Positions 12,898 through 26,892 are shown, numbered from the stretch's first letter. The stretch: 64,000 nt of DNA from Octopus sinensis (GCF_006345805.1 NC_043002.1:49352001-49416000); one strand, 5' to 3'. Program-made: numbers and translations. The notes: generated by a model not told the origin, from the letters alone.

Positions 12898-13102
12898 GTA
12901 GATTGGATACATCTTTAATATTTCTCATCTTTAATACACACACACACACACATATTTTAACAAAGGCATACTGTACAAAGTCGAATACAAATTTCCCTTC
13001 CTCTAATATTCCTCTCTTTTTGTCCTCCCGATAAATTCAGTCGAAAAATCATCCTACCGATTCCCCCGATCCAGCTGACCATCACTCTCTTTTAATTTCT
13101 TA

Positions 13103-13775
13103 TTTCTTTACTGCCCACAAGGGGCTACACAAAGAGGGGACAAACAAGGACAGACAAAAGGATTAAGTCGAGTATATCGATTCCAGTGCGTAACTAATAC
13201 TTATTTAACCGACCCCGAAAGGATGAAAGGCAAAGTCGACCTCGGTGGAATTTGAACTCAGAACGTAGCGGCAGACGAAATACCTATTTCTTTAGTACCA
13301 CATTTTAGTATCTTTCCTCATTATCTCCAACTAGATTTCAGATTTCTCAAAGAAACTGCTTTAGCCATTTCGTGAAACCTGAAATCTTAATTTAAATATT
13401 ACGTGCGCTGTAAAATGGTGAGCTACCAGAATCGTTAGTGCGTCGACCAAGATGCTAAGTGGCATTTCTTCTGATTCTTTACGTTCAGAGTTCAAAATTC
13501 CCCAAAACGACTTTGATGAAAGGCAAAGTCGACTTCAGTGGAGTTAGAACTCAAAACAAAATGCCGCTAACCAATTTTCCCAGTGCGCTAACGATTCTGC
13601 CAGCTCGCCACCTTAATACATTGAAAATATTGAATTCAAATTTGGCACAGAGCCAGTAATTTTTAGGGGAGGGGTAAGTCGATTACATTGACCTCAGTAT
13701 TCAACTGGTACTTATCTTGCTGACCCCGAACGGATAAAAAGTAAAGTCGACCTCGGTGGAATTTGAACCCAGAAT
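13103..13775. mobile_element. Cluster of family N SINE pieces in both orientations
   Basis: Repeated gaccccgaaaggatgaaaggcaaagtcgacctcgg motifs at about 13210, 13515 and 13720. Confidence 0.75.
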
Positions 13776-13859
13776 ATGAACTTAGAAAATATTGACAATA
13801 ATTTCTAACTGTTTATGTTCCCCTAAGCTGTTTGACCAAACAATGTCGATGAAATAAGT

Positions 13860-14344
13860 ACCTGACTTAAAACAAATACCGTACTCTGGGATATGCCGAT
13901 ACACACAGATAGAGAAATTAAGGCCAACAGACCAGATATAGTTGTCAGAGATCATGAAGAAAAAAAAATGCTTTCTAATTGATGTATCAATACCAGCAGA
14001 TGACAACGTGTCTCTAAAAGAAATGGAGAAACTTTCAAAATACAAAGACCTGGAAATAGAGGTAACCAGAATGTGGAATCTAAAAACAGAAACAATTCCT
14101 ATCATAGTAGGTGCATTAGGCATGATAAAAAAATATTCAGACAAATACATAACAAAAACACCAGGACTTACAAACACAAATATCATACAGAAAATTGCAC
14201 TACTAGGCACTGCACACATCCTACGCAGAACACTTTCCATACAATAACCATCAGAGCATCACAACAAATCACAGCACATACCCAAGGCACACAGAGCTGC
14301 GCTCGGTAGTGAAGTGAAAGCACGCTATAAAAATAAAACTACGC

Positions 14345-14345
<1 letters not shown>
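13860..14345 (+). mobile_element. 3' end of R4/Dong-like non-LTR retrotransposon (restriction-like endonuclease domain + 3'UTR) ending in (TAA)n
   Basis: RPDI..., CFLIDVSIPAD...EKLSKYKDL...IPIIVGALG...IQKIALLGTAHILRRTL is an RLE C-terminus. The 3'UTR runs straight into a long (AAT)n array. Confidence 0.88.
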
Positions 14346-14376
<31 letters not shown>

Positions 14377-14390
14377 TAATAATAATAATA

Positions 14391-14451
<61 letters not shown>

Positions 14452-14679
14452 GTGATACAAATAGAATGTCAAATGTCTTGGTGCGTAACTATTGGTCCAC
14501 CCTGTGTATAATATTGCAAACGATACATAGAATACATATAGCTTTTCCACTGTCACTGAACCTATCTTGCCACATAGGTTGATTTAAATACGATGTAATT
14601 AAAAGCATGGCGAGTATGCATCCTACTTGGTTTGTCAGTGTATGGACGTTCTCACCATGATCAACAGACATTAAAGAAC

Positions 14680-14779
14680 NNNNNNNNNNNNNNNNNNNNN
14701 NNNNNNNNNNNNNNNNNNNNNNNNNNNNNNNNNNNNNNNNNNNNNNNNNNNNNNNNNNNNNNNNNNNNNNNNNNNNNNN
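14680..14779. other. Assembly gap (100 N)
   Basis: Run of N. Confidence 1.
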
Positions 14780-15064
14780 AAGAACACTGTCAATTTATCA
14801 ACTAAAATACTGATTAAAGCAGATGATATTTCCTTTAAATGATGGCAGGCCTTTCGGCAAGATCATCGTTTACTCATGCAGATACATATTCTTTTCCTGG
14901 TGAAAAAAAAAAAAATAAACAATAAAAAAAAACAAAGACAAAACAAAACAAGCAAAAATATTTTTAAAAAAATAAAAGACAAAACAAAAGAAAAACAAAA
15001 CAAAAATAAGAAAAATAACAACAACAAAAGAAACAAAGAAACAAATGATCTCACAAAATGCAAT

Positions 15065-15152
15065 TTGTCTCGTTGTTGTTGTCAACTGTTATTTGCATTT
15101 TACTGTTTGCTGTTGTCGTTCTTGTTGTTTTGTTGTTGCATTTTCAGTATCG

Positions 15153-15187
<35 letters not shown>

Positions 15188-15529
15188 GATGATTGCTTTT
15201 GTATATACTTCTGCTGCTTATGTTATTATGAATGTTTGCCAACGTATTGCTGGTTGTTGCCTTTTGTTATTGTTGTTGCTGTTGTCGGCGGTGGCCATTC
15301 TCAATGACTATTGTCATCATCTGATGTTCTTCTTATTTCTGATGTTGTTGTTGTTGCTGTTGATGACAACGTTGCTGTTGATGACAACGTTGCTGTTGCT
15401 TGCTGCTGCTGCTGCTGCTGCTGCCTCTATTAATGAGGACGAAGGTGATGATGATGATGATGATGATGAATGACGATGATGATGATGATCGACGATGACG
15501 ACGATGATGATGATGATGATGATGATGAT

Positions 15530-15575
<46 letters not shown>

Positions 15576-15618
15576 TGATGACGATGATGATGATGATGAT
15601 GATGACGATGACGATTAA

Positions 15619-15670
<52 letters not shown>

Positions 15671-16300
15671 TGGTGGTGGTGTGGTGATGGTGGCGGCGGC
15701 GGCGGAGTTGTTTGCATTGGTAACTGAAAATGGTCTTTCATATATTACATGTACGGCATGTTTCAAACAATAATTGATAAACTATTGCTGACGAAGTTCT
15801 TTTTGCTTCTGTTGCAGTTGTTGTTGTTGTTATTGTTGTTCACGATGACGATGACGATGACGATGATAACATTGATAACGATGACAACATACATAATGAT
15901 GACGACAACGACGACGGCGATAGAGACGACGACGACGATGATGATGATGATGGTAGCGATGATGATGGTAGTGATGATGATGGTAGCGATGATGGTGGTA
16001 GCGATGATGGTGGTGATAGAGGTGGTGGTAGAGGTGGTGGTAGAGGTGGTGGTAGAGGTGGTGGTAGAGGTGGTGGTAGAGGTGGTGGTAGAGGTGGTGG
16101 TAGAGGTGGCGGGAGGGGTTAGATGTAGAGTTGTTTATGTGATGTGCTTCACATGGTAATGGTTATGGTGATGGTGATGGTGATGGTGATGTTGATGGTA
16201 GTAGTGTGCACTGTTTCCAGTATGATGATAGTGGGAGTAATGAACTGTTCCAGGCGGGTATTGTTGCTGTTGTTGTTGTTGTTGTTGTTTTTGTTGTTAT
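15065..16300. repeat. Compound trinucleotide microsatellite field (GTT/GCT/GAT/GAC/GGT) with a 12-bp GAGGTGGTGGTA array
   Basis: Direct reading; explains the homopolymeric ORFs in all frames. Confidence 0.95.
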
Positions 16301-17100
16301 TCAACACTGATCAGCCCAGCCCTGATCATTCTGATCAAAGACAATGAAGCCGTGACCATCTTGACTTTTCATCACAACACAGTTTATCTAGGATTACATA
16401 ATCCAAAAGTGTTTATTTTTTTTTTTAAGAAAGTAAGATATGAATGCAAGAAGATTTAGTAGCTATTTCGAGCACGACGAATGTTCACAAAATCAGGCTC
16501 CTTTCGTGGTGGTGGTGGTGGTGGTGGCGGCGGCGGCGGCGGAGGCGGTGATGGTGACGTCGAATATAAAGGGAATGTTGATATTGGTAGTGACGGCGAT
16601 AATAAAGATATCTACAAAAAACGAATACAATTTTTCGCTAATCAACGAGGAATGACCGGCTTGGACGCTTGACCTTCTGGGAATAGTCACCAAATTTTCA
16701 GATTACACACATATCATCTAAAAAAAAAGAACAGAAGGGCTCATTTGATAATAGATAAACCAATATAGACAAACCAGCTATAAATAAACCAATATTGTTA
16801 GGATAGTGGAGCGCGCATTTAACTACTGGTCAGCGGTTCTCATCCTGGAGTCTGCGGCCAACAGGGTTACACAAACAAAGCACTACAAGTCCCTGAACTT
16901 TTGCCAAACTTTGAAAAGCTCGCCCTGTAACATGTATAATTATTGATCTGCAGTAATTATACATGTTACAGCATCGACTATCCAAACACCGAAGCTAAAA
17001 AACTTCTTGTAATCCGCAACAAGGAGCTTCAAATTCCCGTGCTCATCAGACTAGTCTGCTAGTATCATGCACAGTTGTCGTCGTTGTCGACATCGTACAC

Positions 17101-17294
17101 TGTTTATAGTGCATTAATGGCATTACAACGCATGTCATCATCGGATGGAATACGAATTCTCCCATGGCGTTACTTCGTTCTGACTTTCTCGTAGTGCTTT
17201 CTCAGCAAAGATACTAATTACCTGATCCTCCGGTATTTTTTTTTACCCAAAGCCAGGAACTATATAGCACCTACTTGTGCATGTATGTATGCAT

Positions 17295-17326
<32 letters not shown>

Positions 17327-17520
17327 TGGAAAGCATTGTACAAGTAGGTGCTATATATATAGTTCCTGGCTTTGGGTAAAAAAAAATACAGGAGGATCAG
17401 GTAATTAGTATCTTTGCTGAGAAAACACTACGAGAAAGTCAGAACGAAGTAACGCCATGGAGAATTCGTATTCCATCCGATGATGACATGCGTTGTAATG
17501 CCATTAATGCACTGTAAACA
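17101..17520. repeat. Long fold-back inverted repeat, about 180-bp arms around an AT-microsatellite loop
   Basis: 17101-17281 is the near-perfect reverse complement of 17337-17520. Confidence 0.93.
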
Positions 17521-18239
17521 TACACACATACACACACTTGCGTACACACACACACTTGTACACACACTTGCTCACAGGCATGCAAGACACGCACACACAC
17601 ACACACTCTCATACACACACTCACACACAAATACACACACACACATTTATATATATAAACATATATACGGCGAGAGCCCACACAGTTTCCGGCTACCAAA
17701 TTCACTCAGAAGACATTGGTCGGTGTGTAGCTATAGAATTTTAAGATGTTGTTTGTGATCTAAGGGATATTTACGTACTATTTCTTGCAGAGCTATTGAT
17801 TACACGGAAACTCCATCCATGGGTCGTATCACGTGCCCTGTTGTTTACTGTGTAATGGGGTAGAAAGGGCTCCTTAGCCGTAGTGAAGGCAATCTATCTT
17901 GGGAGATAACCTTACAATACATCACTGGGTCCGTAGCTTAGAAATACTGGGTTGACGTCCAGCGGGAACAGCTTTGTTTCATGGAGGAGGAAAGATCTTC
18001 TTTAGTACTTGGTTGTACAATGCTTTCCAATGTGTGTAGTAGTGGCGCGCGCACACATTATTAGCCATTTGAAAAGACTATGAAAGTCTCGACCACGGTC
18101 GAACAATGATGATGATGTGTTCTACAAAGCTGTTAGAAATCTTGCATTTCATTACTGCATCTAAGCGGAACAGTTTAGGACTAAAGTGGCTGTCAAAGCT
18201 TTCATCGTAATTTCATCCACACATACATCTCTCTTACTA

Positions 18240-18575
18240 TTGCTGGGAATGTCATAGGAACAGAATTTGGCCAAAAGAAATGTTCGTATTTGAAAGTTGA
18301 ACGTGGAAAATCAATTCTCCAAATAGGAAATCTGAGCATCAACTCTTCCACACAAAGAACGTTACAAAAAGCTAGGTATTGACAAAAACATATCATTAAA
18401 AGGTATTGACTAGCAGCGTTCCAGCCCTGACGTGACCATCTTATGCTTCTCAGATATAGCCTGGGGACACAATACATAATACAGTTAAATATTTAGCTAT
18501 CCAAAATGGAAGGTACTGGGAATAAAGACAGAATGACCCGAGAACATTATACCAGACATGACAGTCGGGACTCTC

Positions 18576-18611
<36 letters not shown>

Positions 18612-19020
18612 CTTGCAACAAGACAGAATCCCACAATGCATTTGCAATATGAAGGCTGATTCCAACATTTGGGATGAAATCTATTTCATAGACGTTAAAA
18701 CACGCAAGATCTTGACATCAACTGGAAACTTCCACAGAAACAGTGATATCGACAAGCTCTACATAGGAAGAGGTGGTTGTGGAGATCAGTGCACACAGCC
18801 TTCGAATGTCGTAGTCTCTCTCAGACTGCACTTGCTCAACAACAACAGTAAAAGTAAATACATTAACATACTGCTGAAAAGCGAAGAGAACAACATCCTA
18901 CGCGTCGGCAGCGAGCTCCTCCTGAAGCATTCTCTTCCTGGTGACCTCGAATAGAACCCCCAAACAACTGGATTAATATTCCTCAAAAAAGACCTGGTTG
19001 TGAAATGTTCAGCGTACCAA
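18240..19020 (+). mobile_element. Degraded R4/Dong-like (RLE-type) RT fragment
   Basis: IGTEFGQKKCSYLKVERGK and IDVKTRKILTSTGNFHRNSDIDKLYIGRGG resemble the RT thumb region of the R4 clade. Confidence 0.7.
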
Positions 19021-19058
19021 AAAGAAAAAGAAAAGAAAAAAAAGAAAAGCTATACATA

Positions 19059-19221
19059 GGCGCAGGAGTGGCTGTCTGGTAAGTATCTTGCTTACCAACC
19101 ACACGGTTCCGGGTTCAGTCCCACTGCGTGGCACCTTGGCCAAGTGTCTTCTATTATAGCCTCGGGCCGACCAAAGTCTTGTGAGTGGATTTGGTAGACG
19201 GAAACTGAAAGAAGCCCGTCG

Positions 19222-19276
<55 letters not shown>

Positions 19277-19482
19277 TTGTGTGTCTGTGTTTGTCTCTCC
19301 CAACATCGCTTGACAACCGATGCTGGTGTGTTTACGTCCCCGTAACTTAGCGGTTTGGCAAAAGAGACCGATAGAATAAGTACTAGGCTTACAAAGAATA
19401 AGTCCTGGGGTCGATTTGCTCGACAAAATGCGGTGCTCCAGCATGGCTACAGTCAAATGACTGAAACAAGTAAAAGAGTAAA
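19059..19482 (+). mobile_element. SINE family S1, full length, with internal (TA)n(TG)n
   Basis: ggcgcaggagtggctgt..ggtaag A-box, gggttcagtccc B-box, (taaaagag)n-like tail. Highly similar copies at 30651, 33969, 56343 and 59924. Confidence 0.9.
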
Positions 19483-19509
19483 ACAGTAAATCAGTATAAA
19501 TATATACGT

Positions 19510-19542
<33 letters not shown>

Positions 19543-19769
19543 TATATATATAAACTATAGTTATATAATTTATATATGTGAATTATGCATATATACATGT
19601 ATGAGTGTGCATATGTATATATGAAACACACATATATATATGTGTGTGTGTGTGTGCATGTGTATGCTTATGTGTGTTTCTTTGTATTAACGTGTGTTAA
19701 TATACACAAACATATAAACACACACATACATATACACACACATGCATATATACATATATATACACATAT

Positions 19770-19936
19770 ACGACGGGCCTCTTTCAGTTTCCGTCTACCA
19801 AATCCACTCACAAGGATTTGGTCGACCCAAGGCTATAATAGAAGACACACCTGCCCAAGGTGCCACGTAGTAGGACTGAACCCGGAATCATGTGGTTGGT
19901 ACGTAAGCTACTTATCACACAGCCACTCCTACGCCT
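19770..19936 (-). mobile_element. SINE family S1, 5' half, inverted relative to the 19059 copy
   Basis: Reverse-complement match. Confidence 0.85.
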
Positions 19937-20299
19937 ATATGAAATACCAAAAGATGGTTTAAATCCAAATCACAATTGCTTCTGTGCATTAGCAACAACA
20001 GTTAGTTGCTGAGTGTTTTACATATTATGCTTACTATTATATAAACATTATATATGATCCATCAATAGCAGCGTACAAGCACGTCATCAGGTGAGTGACT
20101 TAGAGAGTACTACTGGATCACCTATAGTTTCCCATTGTTTTAAACCCATATTCTACTTTTAGCATTTCCTTGATAAAGAGCATCACGTGTATTCAAATAG
20201 ACACAAATTATAAAAACTTCCAAGTAAATTAATAGAAAGAAAAATGAAAATTTTATATTATAAAATAGATAGGCCAAAATTAATCAATGGAAATATAAA

Positions 20300-21400
20300 A
20301 CCAAAGCTATCTAATATAGGTATCAAAAATCAACCTGGCTGGTTACGTGATGTGTGCGTGTATTCACCTATATGTGTATATATACATTCATATTTGCTAT
20401 ATATGTATGTGTGCATTTATACATACGCTCTCCCGTTAGGAAGATTAATATATGCAATTCTTAAAACATTTACCAGGCAAATTTATTATTTAATGTACGT
20501 CTATCTTCTCTAGTTAACAAAATATTTTTACTTTGATAGATATAGTTATTTCAATCTTATTATTCACTAACGTTATTCACCTTTTCTCTTCTCTTCTCAT
20601 TTCTTTCGTAATTTCTTCCAGTTTCTCCTTTACCGTTGCTTACTTTAAAAAAATTCTTTCAAAGTCTACTCTATCTTTATTCAAGCACAAGCACTTCGTA
20701 TATATATTTTCCTAATCACTTGTCATTAATTTTCTTAACTATTTCTTCTCAGTCAGAACTCTTATCGTTTCTAAAATACTTATCCTAATTCTTGTTCATC
20801 TTGCTCTTACTCATCTATAAACCGGCCATTAAAATTTGCTGAATTTTCCACTCTACGTATCTGTATTTTTAAGTAAGGTGTTTTACCGCAAATTGGTGTT
20901 GTTTTTTTTTCTTTTCTTGTCAGATTTTAAATTCAACCATTCTATTTTTATGTAGTAGTTACCTTCTAACAATGAAATTCTATGTTAAAGAATTTTCATA
21001 CGTTTCACTTAACGCTTTTCCTGCGACTCTTTTTCTGTCATAACAAAGTTTCTTACATCATTTTTAATATGTCATTATGTATCTCCAAGCTACACTCCTT
21101 ATAAATGTATGGTTCTAATTTTTTCCTCAAATATTGATCGCCCTTAAACTAAACAATGCTTAATACAATTATTTCTTCTCAGTCATTTAAACTACACGCT
21201 CTATTATAATTTTTTAATAATTTTTTGACTGGCGATGTCTCGTTTTCGAAAAGTCATTATGATTCGAAAACTTTGCTTTCAGTATCCGTACGTAGTATCA
21301 ACATAAATTTCCATACCCAATACCGATTTCATTCTCACAACAAAAATTTAGAACTTGAATATCCAAACCAGTGAGTTTCCCCATATTTACTCTAAACTAG
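20300..21400 (-). mobile_element. Possible very old DNA-transposase relic (MULE-like)
   Basis: Non-repetitive AT-rich block; minus-strand fragment MEIYVDTTYG resembles the MULE first-Asp motif. Many stops, weak call. Confidence 0.25.
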
Positions 21401-21864
21401 GCATGGCTTCATTTGTCGCGAAGTGGACCGCGTGAGATATGACACCTCATCAGGCGGGCCGCAAAGCTAAAGAAATTCGAGGCACTTTTTCGTTTGCATG
21501 CCATTCAGGAAGTTCCAAAAAAAAAAAAAAAGAAAAGAAAAATCCCAATTTCTATCCGTTTCATGAAGAAATGCAAAGCAATCCTCAGCTGCATAAATAC
21601 ATAGAATTAAATTAAATTAAAACAGATGGTCACATTAGTATAATTTCACCCCAAACCTCTAAGAAGGTAAGGAGATAGACAAAGAATATGCTGCCTTCAC
21701 TTCAGCTTAGAAGCTACTAAGGTATCATGAAGGAAGACTTGTTAGAGATCTAGCTTGTCACCGTTTTTTGGGGTCAGTTTTAATTTATAGTCTTGTTTAT
21801 CAAATCTTTGTATATCAAAATCTAAGGCCAAGGAACAAGGAGCTTTGATCTTCATGAGGCAGTG

Positions 21865-22612
21865 TACCGAGTGACATCTTTGGGTTTACTTCGCAATTTC
21901 TGAAATTGGTGTTTTTGTGATCGCGTGTATGCTGTAGTCTGCGATTTTGTTATGGACGGGAACACAGAACCAACGCGAGATTTTGCATTAAACTTGGAAC
22001 GTCTCCTTCAGGGACATTGAGCATGGTGCAGCAAGCTTACGGTGACGAGGCAATGGGTCGTACGTAATATTTCTAGTGGCACGGGCACTTTAGAATCAGA
22101 AGAACGTTCCTGGAAGACCTGCCATGATGGTTACTCCGGAAATGTGGCATTGTGCAACGAGAATCCTTCCCTCAGGGCCAGACCGTTAATCGAGAGTTCT
22201 ACTGTGATGTTTTGAAGTGTTTGAGGGAGGATATTCGGCAAAAGTGACCGGATCTGTGGAGTGGGAAGAGCTGGATTCTTCACGATGACAATGCACCCTG
22301 TCACTGAGCAAAAAAAAAACATGATATCGATTCCGGATCTGCTCTATATGGCGGATTTAGCACCCGCGAACTTCCATTTTTTCTCCAAGATGAAAACGCA
22401 GCTCAAAGGTGACCGTTTTAACACGGTTGTCGAAATCCAGAGCGAATCGCAGAAGGTCCTCGACTCGTTTACGGAAAACGACTTCCAGGCCGGATTTCAA
22501 AAGTGGCAGGAACGGTGGGACAGATGTATTGCTGTGCAAGGTAACTATTTCGAAGGAGATGATGCTACAACTTAGATAAATAAGTTGTCTCATTAAACAT
22601 AACTAGTTCTGG
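21865..22612 (+). mobile_element. Mariner transposase pseudogene (internally deleted)
   Basis: N-terminal FCIKLGTSPSGTLSMVQQAYGDEAM, ILHDDNAP, DLAPANFHFFSKMK, and C-terminal FQKWQERWDRCIAVQGNYFEGD. Confidence 0.88.
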
Positions 22613-22642
22613 GACTAGTATGCATGTGCGTGCATGTGTATG

Positions 22643-22725
<83 letters not shown>

Positions 22726-22734
22726 ATATATTAT

Positions 22735-22950
22735 TTCTTTATTACCCACAAGGGGCTAAACACAGAGAGGACAAACAAGGACAGATAAACGGATTAAGTC
22801 GATTATATCGACCCCAGTGCGTAACTGGTACTTATTTAATCGACCCCGAAAGGATGAAAGGCAAAGTCGACCTCGGCGGAATTTGAACTCAGAACATAAC
22901 AGCAGACGAAATACAACAACGATTTTGCCCGGCATGCTAACATTTCTGCC
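22735..22950 (-). mobile_element. Family N SINE
   Basis: Reverse complement of 4228-4460. Confidence 0.85.
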
Positions 22951-22992
22951 AGACATGTACATATGTATGTATATTATGCATATATATATGCC

Positions 22993-23086
<94 letters not shown>

Positions 23087-24895
23087 GACTGAACGCCACA
23101 CATCCATTTCCGAGTAAGTTTATCTTGATAATTTTGATGCGTCTCCCTGTACTGTTTTCTCTCTCCCCTTTCGTTTCCTCTCTCTTCCTGTCTCTCATTC
23201 TTTTTATTTCCCCTTCTTTCCCTTTCGTTTTTTCCATCTCATCTTTTCTCTAATTCTTTTCTTCTCCCCTTCACCATTCCATACCTGTCCCTCTCTCTTT
23301 CACAATCTTCCTTCTCTCGTTGCTCACACGTGACCATTGGCCATCTTTCTTTTCCTAACTTGAGCTTCTTTCTTTCCTTTTAATCTGCTACACAAATCAC
23401 ACGCATTCTTGTTTGTCTCCTCTCCTACCTTTTCTCCTGTCAATGCTTAATCCTCCAGCGTTTGCCACCTCACCTCGTTATGCCTCGCACCCTTACTGTT
23501 TGCTTTCACTGTCCTGTTTTTGTTACTAACTTGGACCCTCCACAAATACCAAATTTTATTTTACTTTGCGGAAGCAATTGTTTTCTCGAAGACACATCTT
23601 GTCGTAATTACTCGAAATGTGGAGTAGATAAACAGCTGACAACTGATATCTTGTTTTCGATTTGTTTCTTTCGTTCGCAAAAAGTTCTTATTCCATGTTT
23701 CGTAGTTCATGTTGTTTACGTTTTATGACGTCCTGTACCTATTAATGCATGTATATATATATTTCGTAAGAAATATTTCGTAATGGTTCATTATTGCTAT
23801 TAGTGTTATTAAGATTTATGTTACTATTGCATATATATATATGCATGTGGAGAAAAAGAGAGTTTTTATGTGTGTGTGAGAGAAAGAGAGGGAGACAGAG
23901 AGATAATGTGTGTGTTATTCAAAGATACAAACCTTGTCATATTGTATCACACTGATTTGGTTTGTGAATTGCGTTATGGGTAACCACGAGTATGAATACG
24001 GTAACTGAATGCCTATCAGCAATACGGATGCGCAGTCACCATAACTGCAGAGAAAATAGCTAAGAATTAGTTTCATGACTAATAAATTCCCCACCTAATA
24101 AATTCTCCAGCTAATAAATTCACCAGGTGAATGTCATACGTGGCGTTCTTTTCCTCTTCTATTTATTTCATTTCTAGTTCAACTCTACTCATCATTATTA
24201 TTAATCTGTATAATTTACAATCCATGAATGTGTAAGCGAAGGTGTTCGTATGTGGGTGTCTGTGAGCGCGATGAATTAGCGTAAAGCGTCCAAGAGACAA
24301 ATTTCTCTGTAAATGACAACGCAAATTTTTAGTTCTGCCACCTTTACCAGACAACTGGTTCGACTAATGCATGTAAAATACAGAGTTACTTCCAAGAAAC
24401 TTTCATTCTATGAAATACTCTTTAGTGGTCGTAGGCATCTGTCAACTCGTGAGCTGCTAGTTCAATATCTCCTTCTGCAACGCTACCACTATATATACAT
24501 ACATACATATACGAAACGTTAAACCCTCCTTCTTTCCTTCTTTCCTGAGCGTCCAATAATACTATATTTGTTCCACGTCCTCTCGTTGTTGTGTTTTTTT
24601 GTGCTTTCTTGTTTGGATTAACTTTATATACATATATATACATACCTACATACATACGTATATATATATATATATAAATAAATACATATATGTACACACA
24701 CGCCCGCGTGCACACACGCACATATGTATACACACACATATATACACTTATATATACATATATATGTGCGTGTGTGCTCCAGCACATATATATGTGCCTT
24801 TGGACTGAAACATAAAAGAATAAGAAAAAAATATATATGTATGCATTTATATGTGTATGCATATACACATACGCGCATGTATATATTTATATAGC

Positions 24896-25113
24896 AGGCA
24901 TGGCTGAGCAGTTGAGGAACACGTTTGGTATTCACTTGGTTTCGGGTTCAGTCCCAATGCGCGGTACCTTGGGCAAGTATCTTTTACTAAAACCACCAGC
25001 TAACCAATGCTTTCGGAGTGAATTTAGTGGTCAGAAATTGAAGAGAAGCTCGTCGTATATTCATACGTGTGTGTGTGTGTGTGTATGTATGTGTGTGTGT
25101 ATGTGTGTGTGTG

Positions 25114-25155
<42 letters not shown>

Positions 25156-25310
25156 CGTGTAGATATATATATATATATATATATAGGGGGGTCTGCTCTT
25201 TGTGTCTGTATTAGTCTCCCACTGTTTGAAAACCGATGTTGGTGCCTTTACATCCACGTAACTTAGAAGTTCGGCAAAAGCGACCGATAGAATAAGTACC
25301 AAACGAAATA
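24896..25310 (+). mobile_element. Diverged SINE family S1 copy
   Basis: Same head / microsatellite / tail order as the 19059 copy. Confidence 0.75.
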
Positions 25311-25375
25311 ATAAATTCAAGGTGGTCTGCCAGCCAGCATTGCAATAGGCTACACTCCAAATATAGGTGTGTATG

Positions 25376-25406
<31 letters not shown>

Positions 25407-25418
25407 ATATATATATAT

Positions 25419-25483
<65 letters not shown>

Positions 25484-26218
25484 TTTAAAAACGTATAATA
25501 AAAGTACAAACGATCGGAAAACAGACACACAAAGTCCCCAACACCTGATCAGTTATTGGCCAGAAGGTCAAGCGTAACGCGCGCGAATACACACATACAT
25601 GTACGCTATTATTGGATTACTTTATAATATAAAATGTTATCTTTTTACTTTTTGTTTCTGTTTTTCAATGAATCAGTCTGATTATGAATAGTAAGGTTCA
25701 TTCCGATTGCATCTTCTCTAGGATCCTGTTACTTGTGGGGAAAAAGGAACGCATCAGCAGACCAAAAATCTGATTTGCCTGGATAAGGCAATGTTTTTGC
25801 GGGCGACAGATTCATTGTACTGCTCTACAAGAGCGATACCTCACTGCCACCGACGGACCTTCAGACAGTTTTTAACCAACCAAATTTCGCTTACAAAGCT
25901 TTGGCCAATCCACTGCTATATTCAAAGACATTTGCCTATAGTGCACTGCAGTGAAAATGAAACCCGAAACTACATAGATTCGAACCGAACTTTCTAATCT
26001 CACAACCACGCTTGCACCCCCATCCAGGTTATTCAAATACGAATACAATAGATGATTTCGTTTTTGTTCAGTTTATTTTCTTGCTTTAGAAACTTCAGAT
26101 TTTCTTGAAAGCAGGTTATCCAGAGTCTCAACAGTGATTGCTAATCGTGTTTGATCTATTGCTCTTAACGAGATTATTATAAATTTATACTGATAGAACT
26201 ATGAATTATACGGAAAAC

Positions 26219-26597
26219 GTGGAGGCGCAATGGCCCAGTGGTTAGGGCAGCGGACTCGCGGTCGTAGGATCGCGGTTTCGATTCCCAGACCGGGCGTTGT
26301 GAGTGTTTATTGAGCGAAAACACCTAAAGCTCCACGAGGCTCCGGCAGGGATGGTGGTGATCCCTGCTGTACTCTTTCACCACAACTTTCTCTCTCTCTT
26401 ACTTCCTGTTTCTGTTGTATCTGTATTTCAAAGGGCCGGCCTTGTCACTCTCTGTGTCACGCTGAATATCCCCGAGAACTACGTTAAGGGTACACGTGTC
26501 TGTGGAGTGCTCAGCCACTTACACGTTAATTTCACGAGCCGGCTGTTCCGTTGATCGGATCAACCGGAGCCCTCGTCGTCGTAACCGACGGAGTGCA
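26219..26597 (+). mobile_element. tRNA-derived SINE (middle A + tail X), full length
   Basis: tggcccagtggttagggc A-box, ggtttcgattccc B-box, ends gtaaccgacggagtg followed by (catc)n. Confidence 0.9.
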
Positions 26598-26619
26598 TCC
26601 ATCCATACGGAAAACAAAA

Positions 26620-26892
26620 ATACCAGTCTGGCACTCGACCAGTTACGATGACGAGTGTTCCTGTTAATTCGATCACCGTAACAGCCTGCTCGTGAAATTA
26701 ACGTGCAAGTGACAGAGCATTCCACGGATGCTCTTAACGTCGTTCTCAGGGCGACACCAAATGTGCCAGTTGAGTCGACTGAAGCAACGTAAAACAAAGT
26801 GTCTTGCTCAAGATCACACCGCACCGCCAGAAATCGAACTCACCACCATACGATCGTGAGCTGAATATTTCTGACCACTAAGCCACGCACCT
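26620..26892 (-). mobile_element. tRNA-derived SINE (middle B + tail X)
   Basis: Minus strand: gtgcgtggcttagtggtcag...gagttcgatt, cttgagcaagacact (CORE-like), then tail X. Confidence 0.75.

Noticed and set aside
14876-15060. Lys/Asn-rich ORF next to the gap
   Set aside because: A-rich low-complexity sequence at a contig edge, likely low quality.
16015-16110. CRISPR-like or coding repeat (VVEV)n
   Set aside because: Spacer-less 12-bp tandem repeat within a trinucleotide field in eukaryotic DNA.
17035-21460. CTGATGA motifs on the minus strand at about 17045, 20088 and 21450
   Set aside because: No stem II followed by GAAA at suitable spacing.
26219-26295. tRNA-like sequence (also 5733, about 27100, 39138, about 39920)
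   Set aside because: No proper acceptor stem or terminator, and it continues into a shared repeat body, so these are SINE heads rather than tRNA genes.
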